A stretch of 64,000 nt of DNA from a bacterium (GTDB lineage Bacteria; Electryoneota; Electryoneia; Electryoneales; Electryoneaceae). The notes beneath the pieces were generated by a model. It was not told the DNA's origin. It saw nothing but the letters and a program-made list of their open reading frames with translations, and searched no databases. The translations under genes and the position numbers were made by a program. Numbering within the stretch: the stretch's first letter is position 1; each line of letters starts with the position of its first letter. Where the stretch lies: assembly GCA_020444265.1 (NCBI GenBank), contig JAHLLH010000014.1, forward strand, positions 8,339 through 72,338. Direction: 5' to 3'. Shown piece after piece: positions 9,044 to 18,410 of the stretch.

Positions 9044-9508
9044 GTCCACCCCCATATCAAAATGCAGCACCTCTTGCCGGACCCCCAGTTTGGTGTAGAG
9101 GGCGATGGAGGGAGGGTCGTCGGAGTCGGCTTGGACGAAGATCACCCAGGCGCCGCGCTCCTGTGCGATTCCTTTCAGATGCTCGATCAAGGCGGTGGCG
9201 ATGGAGCTTGTCCGGTGTTATTCCAGACAGTCTCTGAGGTTCACCGAGGGAAGAACTCGTCACCTCAACGCACCGTTTGATGGCAGGACGAATGCTCGTC
9301 TTTCGAGACTGTCTGGAACTAACACCTGCCCCTCATGCGCGACCCGCGGGATGAAGGTGGAGCTGGCGAGCAGGGTGCGCAGGTAGCTGTCCGAAGGACG
9401 GTTCCCGCTGTAGGTGTCGGGGTCGTCGAAGGCCGCGGCGAAGCAGGATAGCAGAGCGTGCATCAAGTCGAGCTCATCGGGGCCGGGTTGGGTGATCTGG
9501 TAGGGCAT
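9044..9508 (-). pseudogene. Disrupted AAC(3)-I-like GNAT aminoglycoside acetyltransferase
   Basis: N-part: FAAAFDDPDTYSGNRPSDSYLRTLLASSTFI. C-part in another frame: [49 protein letters not shown]. The middle (GGLAAY..EIYIYDLAV) is absent. Confidence 0.85.
9217..9323. mobile_element. 107-bp MITE-like hairpin element, copy B (inverted relative to A)
   Basis: gttattccagacagtctc...gagactgtctggaactaac, located inside the aac gene. Confidence 0.65.
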
Positions 9509-9675
9509 GAGGATGCCCTTTGAATGGGGGGGCGTCAGATCTACGCTGTGCTAAAGACGTGACGGAACTTGAAAAAGGTACATCGGATAAGGGTGTCCGA
9601 TCCGTGATCGGACGATTTTATAGATGAATTGACTCGACTTGGCAAGCAAGTCGGGCCACCCAGCCGTTGTCGAGT

Positions 9676-10105
9676 GTAGGCCGGATTCTTGAATCCGGCG
9701 AGGATGGGCAACGCCCATCGACCGCGTCGCGCCGTTGGCGCGAAGGGGTAAGATCTGATCGCCGGATTCAAGAATCCGGCCTACGTTTTACAAAAACCCA
9801 TCTTGCAAGCCAAGCCGGGGCACGTCCGCCCGTGGCCTGGGTGCTTGTCCCGTCATAGCCTCTGCGACGGCGGACCCCATCACCCAGGCGTGCACAGCAG
9901 CACAGAACCACCGGACCAACCTACTGCTGGTGGACAAACAGAATAGACCCGGCCCGCTAGGGCGAGCCGTGGCAAGCCCAGGCCGCAGGCCCGGGCCACG
10001 CACAACCATCCTGCCAGGCAAAAGAAACCCGGGCAACAAGATTGCCCGGGCCAGTAATGGATAGCCAACTGGATACGATGAAACCCGGGGATGAAGCCCC
10101 GGGCC
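9676..10105. repeat. Dense mosaic of several REP-like palindrome families
   Basis: gtaggccggattcttgaatccggc...gccggattcaagaatccggcctac; cttgcaagccaagccggggcac; cccgggcaacaagattgcccggg; cccggggatgaagccccggg. Confidence 0.8.
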
Positions 10106-10118
10106 ACCCGGAAACGGA

Positions 10119-12398
10119 TTACTTCTTCATCGCCATCTGCTGGACACAGCCAATGGCCGCGGTCGAGACAATCGCTTCGACATCGGCATCGTTGGAGAGC
10201 ACCTGCATTGGCAGGTCGAGGCCAGTGAGGATCGGGCCGATGGTGGTCGCGCCGCCGAGCTCTTTCATCAGACGGAAGGCGATGTTTGCCGAATTCAGAT
10301 CGGGGAAGAGCAGGCAGTTGGCGCCGCCGGTCAGGCTGGTGAAAGGAGATTCTTCCTTCATCAGCGAGTAGTTCACCGCCGCATCTCCCTGCATTTCACC
10401 TTCCACTTCCCAATCCGGATGCTTCGCTTTCAGCATCTCGGCTGCGGTACGCATTTTCACCGTCGTCGGATGTTTCACACTGCCGAAGTGGCTGAAGGAG
10501 AGCATGCCGATCCGTGGCGTGAAACCGAAGTCCTTGACCATCGCGTGCAGGTCTTCGCCAATCGTCACCAACTGCTCCGCCGTCGGATCGATGTTCATCG
10601 CCGTATCCGCGAAGAAGTAGTGCTGGTTGTTGACGATGACCATATGGACGCCGGCGACCACCTTACCGACACGACGTTCGCCCATGACACTCAACATCGG
10701 CCGGACCACGGTCGGGTAGTGACGGGTTTGCGCGGAGATGTAGACATCGGCATCCCCTTCGAGCACCATCATTGGGCCAAAGTAGAAGCGTGACTTCATC
10801 AAGCGCAGTGACTCGGCACGATCCACGCCTTTCCGTTGACGGTTCTGGTAGTACTTCTCGCTGTAGTTTTCCAGACGGCTGTCTGTTGCCGGGTCAACGA
10901 CTTCGTAATCCTTCAGATGCAGTTCGAGATCCTTGATCTTCGCGGCGATCTCGTCCTCGTTGCCCAGGAGCACCGGGGTGCCAATGCCTTCATCGGCGAT
11001 GATCTGGCTTGCACGCAGCACCTTCTCGCCGCTGCCTTCCGCGAAGACAATCCGGCTTGGCTGGGTCTTGGCGACCTGGACCAGGCGACGGACAATACGC
11101 TTCTCCGCCCCGAGCAGTTCTTCGAGATGGTCGCGATACCCATCCCAGTCGGTAATCTCGATACGTGCGACACCGGTATCAACCGCCGCCTTCGCGACCG
11201 CGAGGGCTTCCCAGGTCAAGACACGGGGATCGAAAGGCTTCGGGATGAGGTATTCACGGCCGTAGTGCAAACGGTCGACATTGTAGGCACGCAGCACCTG
11301 GTCCGGAACATCTTCTTTCGCCAGTTCGGCGAGGGCATGCGCAGCGGCGACCTTCATCTCTTCGTTGATCGCGGTCGCACGTACATCGAGTGCACCACGG
11401 AAGATGAAAGGGAAACCGAGGACATTGTTCACCTGGTTCGGGTAGTCGCTGCGACCAGTCGCCATGATGACATCGGGACGTGCCGCGATGGCATCGGGAT
11501 AGGTGATTTCCGGGTCAGGATTGGCCATCGCGAAGATGATCGGGTCCTTCGCCATCGACTTGACCATCTCCTGGGTCACAACATTGGCCACCGAAACACC
11601 AGCGAACATGTCGGCACCGTCCATCGCGTCCGCCAGGGTCCGCTTGTCGGTATCGGCCGCGAAGTAGGCTTTGTACTTGTTGTACTTCGGGTGGCCTTCC
11701 TGCAGGTCTTCACGTTCCTTGTAGAGCACGCCTTTGCTGTCGCACATCAGGATGTTCTCGTGCGACGCGCCCAGCGACTCATAGAACTTCGCACAGGCAA
11801 TCCCCGCCGCCCCGGCACCGTTCATCACAATCTTCAGCTTGGAAATGTCTTTGCCAATCAGGTCGCAGGCATTGACCAGTGCCGCGCCGCTGATGATCGC
11901 GGTGCCATGCTGATCGTCATGGAAGACCGGGATGTTCAAGCGCTCTTTGAGCGTCTCTTCGATGTAGAAGCACTCGGGTGCTTTGATGTCTTCGAGGTTG
12001 ATGCCGCCGAAGGTCGGCTCGAGCATCTCGCAGGCACGGATAATTTCATCGGCATCGTGCGTTTCCAGCTCGATATCGAAGACATCCACCTTGGCGAAAC
12101 GGTTGAAGAGGACGCCCTTGCCCTCCATCACCGGCTTGCCAGCCATCGCGCCAATGTCACCAAGTCCGAGGACTGCGGTACCGTTGGAGACAACTGCAAC
12201 AAGGTTACCCTTCGAGGTGTACTTGTAGGCATCCTCGGGGTTGTCTGCGATCTTCAGGCAGGGAACCGCCACACCTGGCGTGTAGGCCAGGGAGAGGTCA
12301 CGCTGGGTAAAACAAGGTTTTGTCGGGACTACTTTCACCTTACCTGGGGTTGGCTCGGAATGGTAGGCGAGCGCTTCCTGATCGTATGCCATCGTCAA
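10119..12398 (-). CDS. maeB: NADP-dependent malic enzyme with C-terminal phosphotransacetylase-like domain
   Basis: [71 protein letters not shown]. Confidence 0.96.
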   Translation of the reverse strand: MTMAYDQEALAYHSEPTPGKVKVVPTKPCFTQRDLSLAYTPGVAVPCLKIADNPEDAYKYTSKGNLVAVVSNGTAVLGLGDIGAMAGKPVMEGKGVLFNRFAKVDVFDIELETHDADEIIRACEMLEPTFGGINLEDIKAPECFYIEETLKERLNIPVFHDDQHGTAIISGAALVNACDLIGKDISKLKIVMNGAGAAGIACAKFYESLGASHENILMCDSKGVLYKEREDLQEGHPKYNKYKAYFAADTDKRTLADAMDGADMFAGVSVANVVTQEMVKSMAKDPIIFAMANPDPEITYPDAIAARPDVIMATGRSDYPNQVNNVLGFPFIFRGALDVRATAINEEMKVAAAHALAELAKEDVPDQVLRAYNVDRLHYGREYLIPKPFDPRVLTWEALAVAKAAVDTGVARIEITDWDGYRDHLEELLGAEKRIVRRLVQVAKTQPSRIVFAEGSGEKVLRASQIIADEGIGTPVLLGNEDEIAAKIKDLELHLKDYEVVDPATDSRLENYSEKYYQNRQRKGVDRAESLRLMKSRFYFGPMMVLEGDADVYISAQTRHYPTVVRPMLSVMGERRVGKVVAGVHMVIVNNQHYFFADTAMNIDPTAEQLVTIGEDLHAMVKDFGFTPRIGMLSFSHFGSVKHPTTVKMRTAAEMLKAKHPDWEVEGEMQGDAAVNYSLMKEESPFTSLTGGANCLLFPDLNSANIAFRLMKELGGATTIGPILTGLDLPMQVLSNDADVEAIVSTAAIGCVQQMAMKK

Positions 12399-12679
12399 AC
12401 TCCTGAATAACGTGTGAAAAAGATTAAAACACGATCGGAGGGGTAGTGCGGGGGGCCGACGCTAAGCCTTCATCGTGATACATTCATCAATATACAAACC
12501 CTGTTTGACAGTCCCGATGGTAGCCTCTCCTATCTCTACGCGCAGATTATGGGCGGATCACCGTTCATAGCCAAGAGGTTCCACGATCTCAGGGGAATAC
12601 CTACCACCGCTTGCAGGACGAGTCCACACGGCACCATACTTCTGCGCCCCAAGCCAGTTTCCCCTAACCGGAGTACCTC

Positions 12680-13306
12680 ATGCTGCGCATCAACCTGTCG
12701 AAACAGGGTCAGGGAACAGGAACCTGGATCGCAACCGTTGCGATCGAACTGGTCCTGTTGGTCATCAGTATCCTGCTTGCGCTCAGTGTCAACAACTGGC
12801 GAGAGGATGCGAACAACCGTGATCTGGTCGCCTCCGCGTTGACAAGCATCCAGACCCAGATCGAGGAAAATCGTGACTCCACCGCTGTCATCCTGGAGGA
12901 GCATGAAGCCCTGCTTGATACGATTCAGAAAACGAAATACGGTCCGGAGTACCAGGGTAAATCCGCCCTGCAGGTGTTTGTCGAGCAAATGGGCGACGAT
13001 GGATTGGAGCTGACCATTCCGCTTCAATCCGCCTACAATACCGCTATTGCCAGCGGGGCCATGCGCTACATGGACTACCAGACAGCGAGCATGCTCGCCG
13101 GCCTGCATTCGATGGAAACAAACGGGGTCATTGTCGCGACCAGACGGCTGCAGGAAAATTTTCTCACAGCTGCCATGATCGACAGCTCCCAGGCACAGCT
13201 TCAGTTGCAACTGCTGACCATGTACCTTACGGACATTGTCTTTCAGGAACGTGCGATCATTGAGGAATACGACCGGGTTCTTGCTCGCATGGAGGGGACG
13301 GAGTGA
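12680..13306 (+). CDS. Membrane-anchored helical hypothetical protein (DUF6090-like N-terminus)
   Basis: IELVLLVISILLALSVNNWRE TM motif followed by a coiled-coil-like region. Confidence 0.75.
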   Translation: MLRINLSKQGQGTGTWIATVAIELVLLVISILLALSVNNWREDANNRDLVASALTSIQTQIEENRDSTAVILEEHEALLDTIQKTKYGPEYQGKSALQVFVEQMGDDGLELTIPLQSAYNTAIASGAMRYMDYQTASMLAGLHSMETNGVIVATRRLQENFLTAAMIDSSQAQLQLQLLTMYLTDIVFQERAIIEEYDRVLARMEGTE

Positions 13307-13887
13307 TCCGGGATGGCGACCCACTGATCATCGTCTCCGGCTTGCCACGCAGTGGCACGTCGCTGATGATGCAGATGCTTGCTGCGGGAGGGGTTCAAGT
13401 GGTCAAGGATAACCACCGGATTGCGGACGCGAACAACCCGCGTGGGTACCTCGAGGATAAACGAGTACGGAGTCTGCATCTCGATACAAGTTGGCTGGGG
13501 GAAGCGCGGGGGAAAGCGTTGAAAGTGGTCTCCCCGCTTTTGCACCTTCTGCCGGAGCAGTATCTCTATCGTATCCTCTTCATGGAACGTCCCCTCCCGG
13601 AAATCCTTCAGAGCCAACGTACCATGCTGCATCGAATAGGCCGTCCCGATGATACCCTCGATCTCGGCGACAAGTACCATCTTCACCTCAAGAAGCTGCT
13701 TCCCTGGATCGAAGAGCAGCCAAACATGGAGCTGCTACGCATCTCCTACCCCGAGCTGGTGGAGCGGACCAAGCCGGTGCTGGACGAGGTGAGCCGTTTC
13801 CTGGCGTTCCCGCTCGACCTCGTAGCCATGAAAGAGAGCGTCCGGAAAGAGCTCTACCGGAGTCGGGGAAAAACCAGCCGTATCTGA
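13303..13887 (+). CDS. Sulfotransferase family protein
   Basis: IIVSGLPRSGTSLMM PAPS-binding loop, NPRGYLE, FMERP..EIL.SQ, ISY..LV. GTGA overlap with the upstream gene. Confidence 0.88.
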   Translation: MIRDGDPLIIVSGLPRSGTSLMMQMLAAGGVQVVKDNHRIADANNPRGYLEDKRVRSLHLDTSWLGEARGKALKVVSPLLHLLPEQYLYRILFMERPLPEILQSQRTMLHRIGRPDDTLDLGDKYHLHLKKLLPWIEEQPNMELLRISYPELVERTKPVLDEVSRFLAFPLDLVAMKESVRKELYRSRGKTSRI

Positions 13888-13984
13888 TCCCCGATTTGTC
13901 TCCCGAGTGTGGCAAACGCCAAATTATGTGCCCATCTTAGGGCAAGGATGACATGACAGGTCGGTAACTGAATTTGAGTCGCAC

Positions 13985-14875
13985 ATGAGCATTTCGTCAC
14001 CGGTTGATGCTGGCTTCCAGGTTCGTCTGGAAGAGACCCAGGATTTACCTGTTCTTCCCCAGCTGTATGCACAAGCTTTGCGGATTGCATCTGACCCCGA
14101 AGGCGACATCCAGCGACTTCAGGAAATACTTCAGCACGACCCCTCGTTAACCGCTCATATCCTGAAGATTGCCAACTCCGCCTATTATGGTTTCCCCAAC
14201 CGGATCGAATCGCTGCGCACCGCAATTGTCATGCTCGGCACCCTGGAAATCATCCGTCTGCTGACCGCCGCGTCGGCGCTTGCCGCCTTCCCACGTCAGC
14301 AGCTCTCCGCCGATTTTGACCCGATCCAGTTCTGGTACCAGAGCGCCGCCTGCGGTGAAGCCGCCGCCTTTCTCCGTCGCAAGCTGAACCTGCAACTGTC
14401 CGGAGATGTCTACACCGGTGGCCTGCTGCATGATATTGGTAAAATTCTGCTGGCAGCACGTTTCCAGGTCGAGTACGATCTCTGCCTGAGGTATGCCCGT
14501 CAACAGGACATCCCGTTACACATCGCCGAACAACGAATCCTTGGCATTGACCACGCCTCCATTGGCGGCCTGCTCGCCCTGCGCTGGGACCTCCCGGTGG
14601 CGCTGGTCGCGATGATTACTCACCACATGACCCCGGAAAAAGAATCCTATTATCCAGTCGAAGTCTCTCTCGTACATTTGGGAAATCGGATTGCGAAGCG
14701 GTTTGGGGAGACGGAGTCGGACAGTCATCCGATCCCGCTCGAAGAGGACCCCGCATGGAAGGTGATCGCCGGGCAACGGTGGCCGGATGCGATTGATGTA
14801 CCGGGTTTGATCGAGGCGAGCAAAGTTGAAGTGGAGCGGTCCGCCGAGATGATGAAGTCCCTGCTGTCGGACTGA
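13985..14875 (+). CDS. Stand-alone HDOD domain protein
   Basis: LPVLP, DPSLTAHILKIANSAYYG, GLLHDIGK, GIDHA.IG..LA..W.LP, HH. Confidence 0.92.
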   Translation: MSISSPVDAGFQVRLEETQDLPVLPQLYAQALRIASDPEGDIQRLQEILQHDPSLTAHILKIANSAYYGFPNRIESLRTAIVMLGTLEIIRLLTAASALAAFPRQQLSADFDPIQFWYQSAACGEAAAFLRRKLNLQLSGDVYTGGLLHDIGKILLAARFQVEYDLCLRYARQQDIPLHIAEQRILGIDHASIGGLLALRWDLPVALVAMITHHMTPEKESYYPVEVSLVHLGNRIAKRFGETESDSHPIPLEEDPAWKVIAGQRWPDAIDVPGLIEASKVEVERSAEMMKSLLSD

Positions 14876-14885
14876 CCTGCCTGAT

Positions 14886-16181
14886 TTATTTCACGTAGAC
14901 AAGTGGATGGACGATGGTGGTCCCCTCGTGGGACACCCGTACGTGGTAGCGCGCACTCGCAGCCTGTTCGGGTTGCCAGCTCAGCACCATCTCTCCCGGT
15001 TTCACCTTCCCCTCGAAGAGGGTCGCCACCCGTCGCCCGAGTAGATCAAACACCTCGACACGCATGCTTCCCGTTTTCTGAATCGAGAGGGTAAGCCGTG
15101 TGCTGGCATTAAACGGGTTCGGGGCCGCATGAACGAGCACCGGGCTTTCCGGCAGTTCGATGATCCGTTCCGGCTCAACCGCATTCGCCGTCCCGAAGGC
15201 GACGTTGATCATCTCCGCCACATGCAGCCAGCTGTCGATGTTGTCACGCAAGCCATCATAGGATTGCTCCATGTGGATGAACTGGCCGGTGGAGCGATCC
15301 GGATTGAGATCGCAGGCATCGCTGCTGCCGTTGATCAGGCGGCCCTGGGTGTTGGTAAAACCGACAAATCGTTCCCACGCGGGATCGATGTGCGCCGTTT
15401 TGAAGGTAAGAGTGTCGTCCTGGGCGATGAAGCTGTCCCGCACGTGACGGACCCAATCAAAGCCGCTGGGTGTGTAAGGGGTGCCGTTGCTCAGGATGAT
15501 GTGCGGGTCCCCATCCAGACGGCTGAAGCCGTGTAGCTGCAGGAAGACCATGCCGGGGTTAAAATCGAGCATCTCGAGGGTTGCCCCTTGCAAGGGGCCA
15601 TCGGCCGCATGAGCCTGGTCCGACTCACGGAACGGTTCCTCTTCCCCGCTACAGACCGAGGTCACCCCATCGCAGGGGCTGGCGTAGGGGCTTGAGCAAC
15701 GATGGGTGCCATTGATGTACAAGGCAGTTGCACCCGATGGCGCAAAGGCATGGATCGCCTGCGGACCGGTACGGAAATCGTACAGCGCGTGCGGGGCCTG
15801 GAGCATCAGGTAGGGATAGGGCGGATCATTGCGAAGCGCAAAGACTCCCCAGGGCATCGCTTCGGCGTCCGGGTCCCGTTCGAGCAAGACATAGATCGCG
15901 TCCCCATCGGTAATCGTGACCACCATGTAGCCAAAGATCGATGCCATCGACTCCGCGTTTACCAGGTCCCCATCGAGCAGGGAGGCGATACACTCACGCC
16001 AGGCGATCTGCTGCACCTCGCTCCCGGGGGTGTAGACGGTGTCGTTGGGTTGATCGGGGAACTCGGCAAAGAGCTGTTCGAGATGGATTTCGATCATCTC
16101 CGCGCGAGCGGAGACCGTCCCGAACCCGAGGGTGATCAACAGGGCGATGAGGGGGAGGATTCGTAGTCGCAGCGGAATCAT
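14886..16181 (-). CDS. Secreted putative metallo-hydrolase with T9SS/FlgD-type C-terminal domain
   Basis: Signal peptide; QAPH..YD, D.AH, QLHGF and FIHMEQ motifs; C-terminal PNPFNAST..VFDLLGRRVATL..W. Confidence 0.75.
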   Translation of the reverse strand: MIPLRLRILPLIALLITLGFGTVSARAEMIEIHLEQLFAEFPDQPNDTVYTPGSEVQQIAWRECIASLLDGDLVNAESMASIFGYMVVTITDGDAIYVLLERDPDAEAMPWGVFALRNDPPYPYLMLQAPHALYDFRTGPQAIHAFAPSGATALYINGTHRCSSPYASPCDGVTSVCSGEEEPFRESDQAHAADGPLQGATLEMLDFNPGMVFLQLHGFSRLDGDPHIILSNGTPYTPSGFDWVRHVRDSFIAQDDTLTFKTAHIDPAWERFVGFTNTQGRLINGSSDACDLNPDRSTGQFIHMEQSYDGLRDNIDSWLHVAEMINVAFGTANAVEPERIIELPESPVLVHAAPNPFNASTRLTLSIQKTGSMRVEVFDLLGRRVATLFEGKVKPGEMVLSWQPEQAASARYHVRVSHEGTTIVHPLVYVK

Positions 16182-16368
16182 TGTCTCGTTTGGAACCGTC
16201 CGTTTAACGCGTCAGACCAAAGATGTATTGGCGCATGGTTAACCTCAAAGTAGGCCACTCGAACTCCGTGCGCTACCATGCGATACCCCCACAGGCAGGA
16301 CGTGGAGACGGCGTTTCGCTCCGAGAACCACCAGGACCTCCATGCGGGACCGACCTGGGGCCCACGCA

Positions 16369-16397
16369 TTGCCCGTCCCCTTCTCCGATCCTATATT
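16369..16397 (+). promoter_or_regulatory. Sigma70-like promoter of the tRNA
   Basis: TTGCCC-17 nt-TATATT, about 35 nt upstream of the tRNA. Confidence 0.55.
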
Positions 16398-16431
16398 GAG
16401 GCCCGGAAAGCGTTTGCCCGCTTCCAGGACC

Positions 16432-16514
16432 GGAGGATTAGCCTAATTGGTAAGGCAGCAGTCTTGAAAACTGCCGGGTTAACGCCCTTGGGGGTTCGAG
16501 TCCCTCATCCTCCG
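16432..16514 (+). tRNA. tRNA-Ser (anticodon UGA)
   Basis: GGAGGAT/ATCCTCC acceptor stem, GCAGT-CTTGAAA-ACTGC anticodon arm, long variable arm, GTTCGAGTC T-loop, discriminator G. CCA is not directly encoded (G-CACCA). Confidence 0.96.
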
Positions 16515-16523
16515 CACCATCTG

Positions 16524-16558
16524 AACCGGATAGCTGGATAACCTGGCTATCCGGTTTT
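16524..16558 (+). terminator. Intrinsic terminator after the tRNA
   Basis: aaccggatagc-N11-gctatccggtt followed by tt. Confidence 0.65.
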
Positions 16559-16634
16559 CCACTCTGGCTCACGACGAGAGCACCCCTGTCCGGGTGATGT
16601 TGCATTGCGGGTTAGTAGAGCCTACCATTTCGAG

Positions 16635-17105
16635 ATGGGATGGTATACTGAACTGAACTGGACCGCGAAGGTCACACGACTGGGGTTGATCCTTGTGATC
16701 ATCGCCATTTCTGTCGTGTTCCCGGCGTTTCATACCCATGCCGGGGAGGATTTGTTCGACCTTCCTGGAGAGATCCCTCAACACGAGCACCATCAGGCCC
16801 CCGTGGACCCGGACCATCATGGGCATGATCATGACCACCATCATCACCAAGCGGCTGATCCTCTTCCATCCAACCACACTCATTCACATCCCGATCATTA
16901 CCATCAGCAGGTTGATTTTGAGCTGACCCGGATTTTGACCGGGAGCACGCACCTTTCCTCTCCGTTGCTGACCCTTGTCGGCCGGGTGACGATTCCTTCG
17001 GATACACGCCCCAGGCATTCTCTGAGAGCGGTCCTGTCTAACGAACTGACTCCCCGTCAGGTTGATCGGGACAGCTTCGCGTCCCGTGCCCCGCCCCTCT
17101 CCTGA
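16635..17105 (+). CDS. His-rich membrane leader protein with C-terminal RAPP motif (DUF2946/CzcI-like)
   Basis: TM helix, about 18 His in about 60 aa, ends FASRAPPLS. Lies 67 nt upstream of the TolC gene. Start uncertain. Confidence 0.8.
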   Translation: MGWYTELNWTAKVTRLGLILVIIAISVVFPAFHTHAGEDLFDLPGEIPQHEHHQAPVDPDHHGHDHDHHHHQAADPLPSNHTHSHPDHYHQQVDFELTRILTGSTHLSSPLLTLVGRVTIPSDTRPRHSLRAVLSNELTPRQVDRDSFASRAPPLS

Positions 17106-17172
17106 AGTACCCCTGTTTAATCGCTGTCTACACAGACATTTTCTATCGGTACTACAGGTAAGGACTGTGTTT

Positions 17173-18399
17173 ATGACTAGGTCATTAACGCGGTTGTCCC
17201 TGCTTGTCCTCCTCCTATATGTGGCAGGAACAGCAAGTTTTGCAGAGACGACACGCATCGACTTCTCGCAGCTGGATGATCTCACCCGGGAGCAGAGCCC
17301 TGAGCATCAGATCATCGAGCTGGACTATACTCGCACGCTTTCCGCGCGAGACCGTGAACTGCAATGGTCCAACCCCGCTCTCATGTTGGATCGTGAGGAT
17401 GTGGGAACCGCAGCCGAACTTCAGTTTTCTATCGGGAAAGACATCGAACTGCCCTGGGTCCGAACCCAACGTCGGGCTGGATGGAACCACACCGTCTCCG
17501 CTGCTGATCTGGATCGTCAGCAGCGAACCCGGGATCTTCTTGCTGAGGTTAAAACGGGTTACGTGCGCCTGAAACTGAACCAGGAGTACATCACCCACCT
17601 GGATCAGCTCCAGCAAACCCTTACACAGGTGCAGTCCATCGCTTCGGAAAAACGGGCTGAGGGACATCTTTCTGCGGTCGAGGAACGACTCATTCAGTTG
17701 GCAGTGATCTCCCTGAATCGAGATCGTCAGGAAGTCTTGCAAAAACAGCGTCGCACACGTGCTGACTGGATGACAAAAACCGGCTTTCACGAAAGTGACA
17801 CCCTCGAACTGGTAACACCCGTCTCTTTTGAATTGATTGACTTGAATCGCGAAGACTATGCCACCCAAACCCTGGCAAAGACCCCCGCCATCCGAGCGGG
17901 CCAGGAGCGGGAACAGGCGCTTGTAGCTCAGGTGGCAATGGCTCGAGCGAGCCTTGTCAGGTCCATCTCGGTGTACGGCGGCCTGAAACAGATTGATCCA
18001 GACTTCAACGGGTATGTCGCGGGTCTCTCCTTCCAATTACCGGTTTTGAACCAGAACAAAGCTGCCGTGCAGGGTTTTGAGGCAGAGCGAAACAGGGTCG
18101 AGATCGAAACCAGACGAACCACCCGCCGTCTATCCCTCGAAGCTGAAGGGCTGGTGCAGTCCGCCCTGGAGCTTCGCGATCAGCTTGCACCGATTGCAGA
18201 TCAGTTTGGTATGGGTGGAGAACACCTGGAACGTCTTGTCACCTCCTATGAGGAGGGCTGGATGGGACTTACGGAACTGCTCAACGCAATCCAGATCGAG
18301 ACGACCGGTTTGAGTGACTATCACTCGATGCTGGTCAGCTATTACGACACCCTGTTCAGGCTTGAAGCCTTGTCGGGGAAGACCCTGGTAAGGTTCTAA
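17173..18399 (+). CDS. TolC/CzcC-family outer membrane efflux protein
   Basis: Signal peptide, NP..., GLSFQLPVLNQN, YEEG..GLTELL, LE.LSG. First gene of a CBA operon. Confidence 0.88.
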   Translation: MTRSLTRLSLLVLLLYVAGTASFAETTRIDFSQLDDLTREQSPEHQIIELDYTRTLSARDRELQWSNPALMLDREDVGTAAELQFSIGKDIELPWVRTQRRAGWNHTVSAADLDRQQRTRDLLAEVKTGYVRLKLNQEYITHLDQLQQTLTQVQSIASEKRAEGHLSAVEERLIQLAVISLNRDRQEVLQKQRRTRADWMTKTGFHESDTLELVTPVSFELIDLNREDYATQTLAKTPAIRAGQEREQALVAQVAMARASLVRSISVYGGLKQIDPDFNGYVAGLSFQLPVLNQNKAAVQGFEAERNRVEIETRRTTRRLSLEAEGLVQSALELRDQLAPIADQFGMGGEHLERLVTSYEEGWMGLTELLNAIQIETTGLSDYHSMLVSYYDTLFRLEALSGKTLVRF

Positions 18400-18410
18400 G
18401 GAGAAAAACG

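Noticed and set aside
8938..9323. Four 18-19 bp repeats as a CRISPR array or canonical attC sites
   Set aside because: Orientations alternate, spacing is irregular, there are no cas genes, and the GTT...AAC polarity is opposite to attC.
10836..12410. 524-aa antisense ORF over maeB (similarly 56091-57773 and 60743-62176)
   Set aside because: They fully overlap well-supported genes and are expected from GC-rich codon bias.
16432..16514. tRNA-Sec or suppressor tRNA
   Set aside because: The anticodon is UGA (reads UCA, Ser), not UCA, and the acceptor stem is a normal 7 bp.
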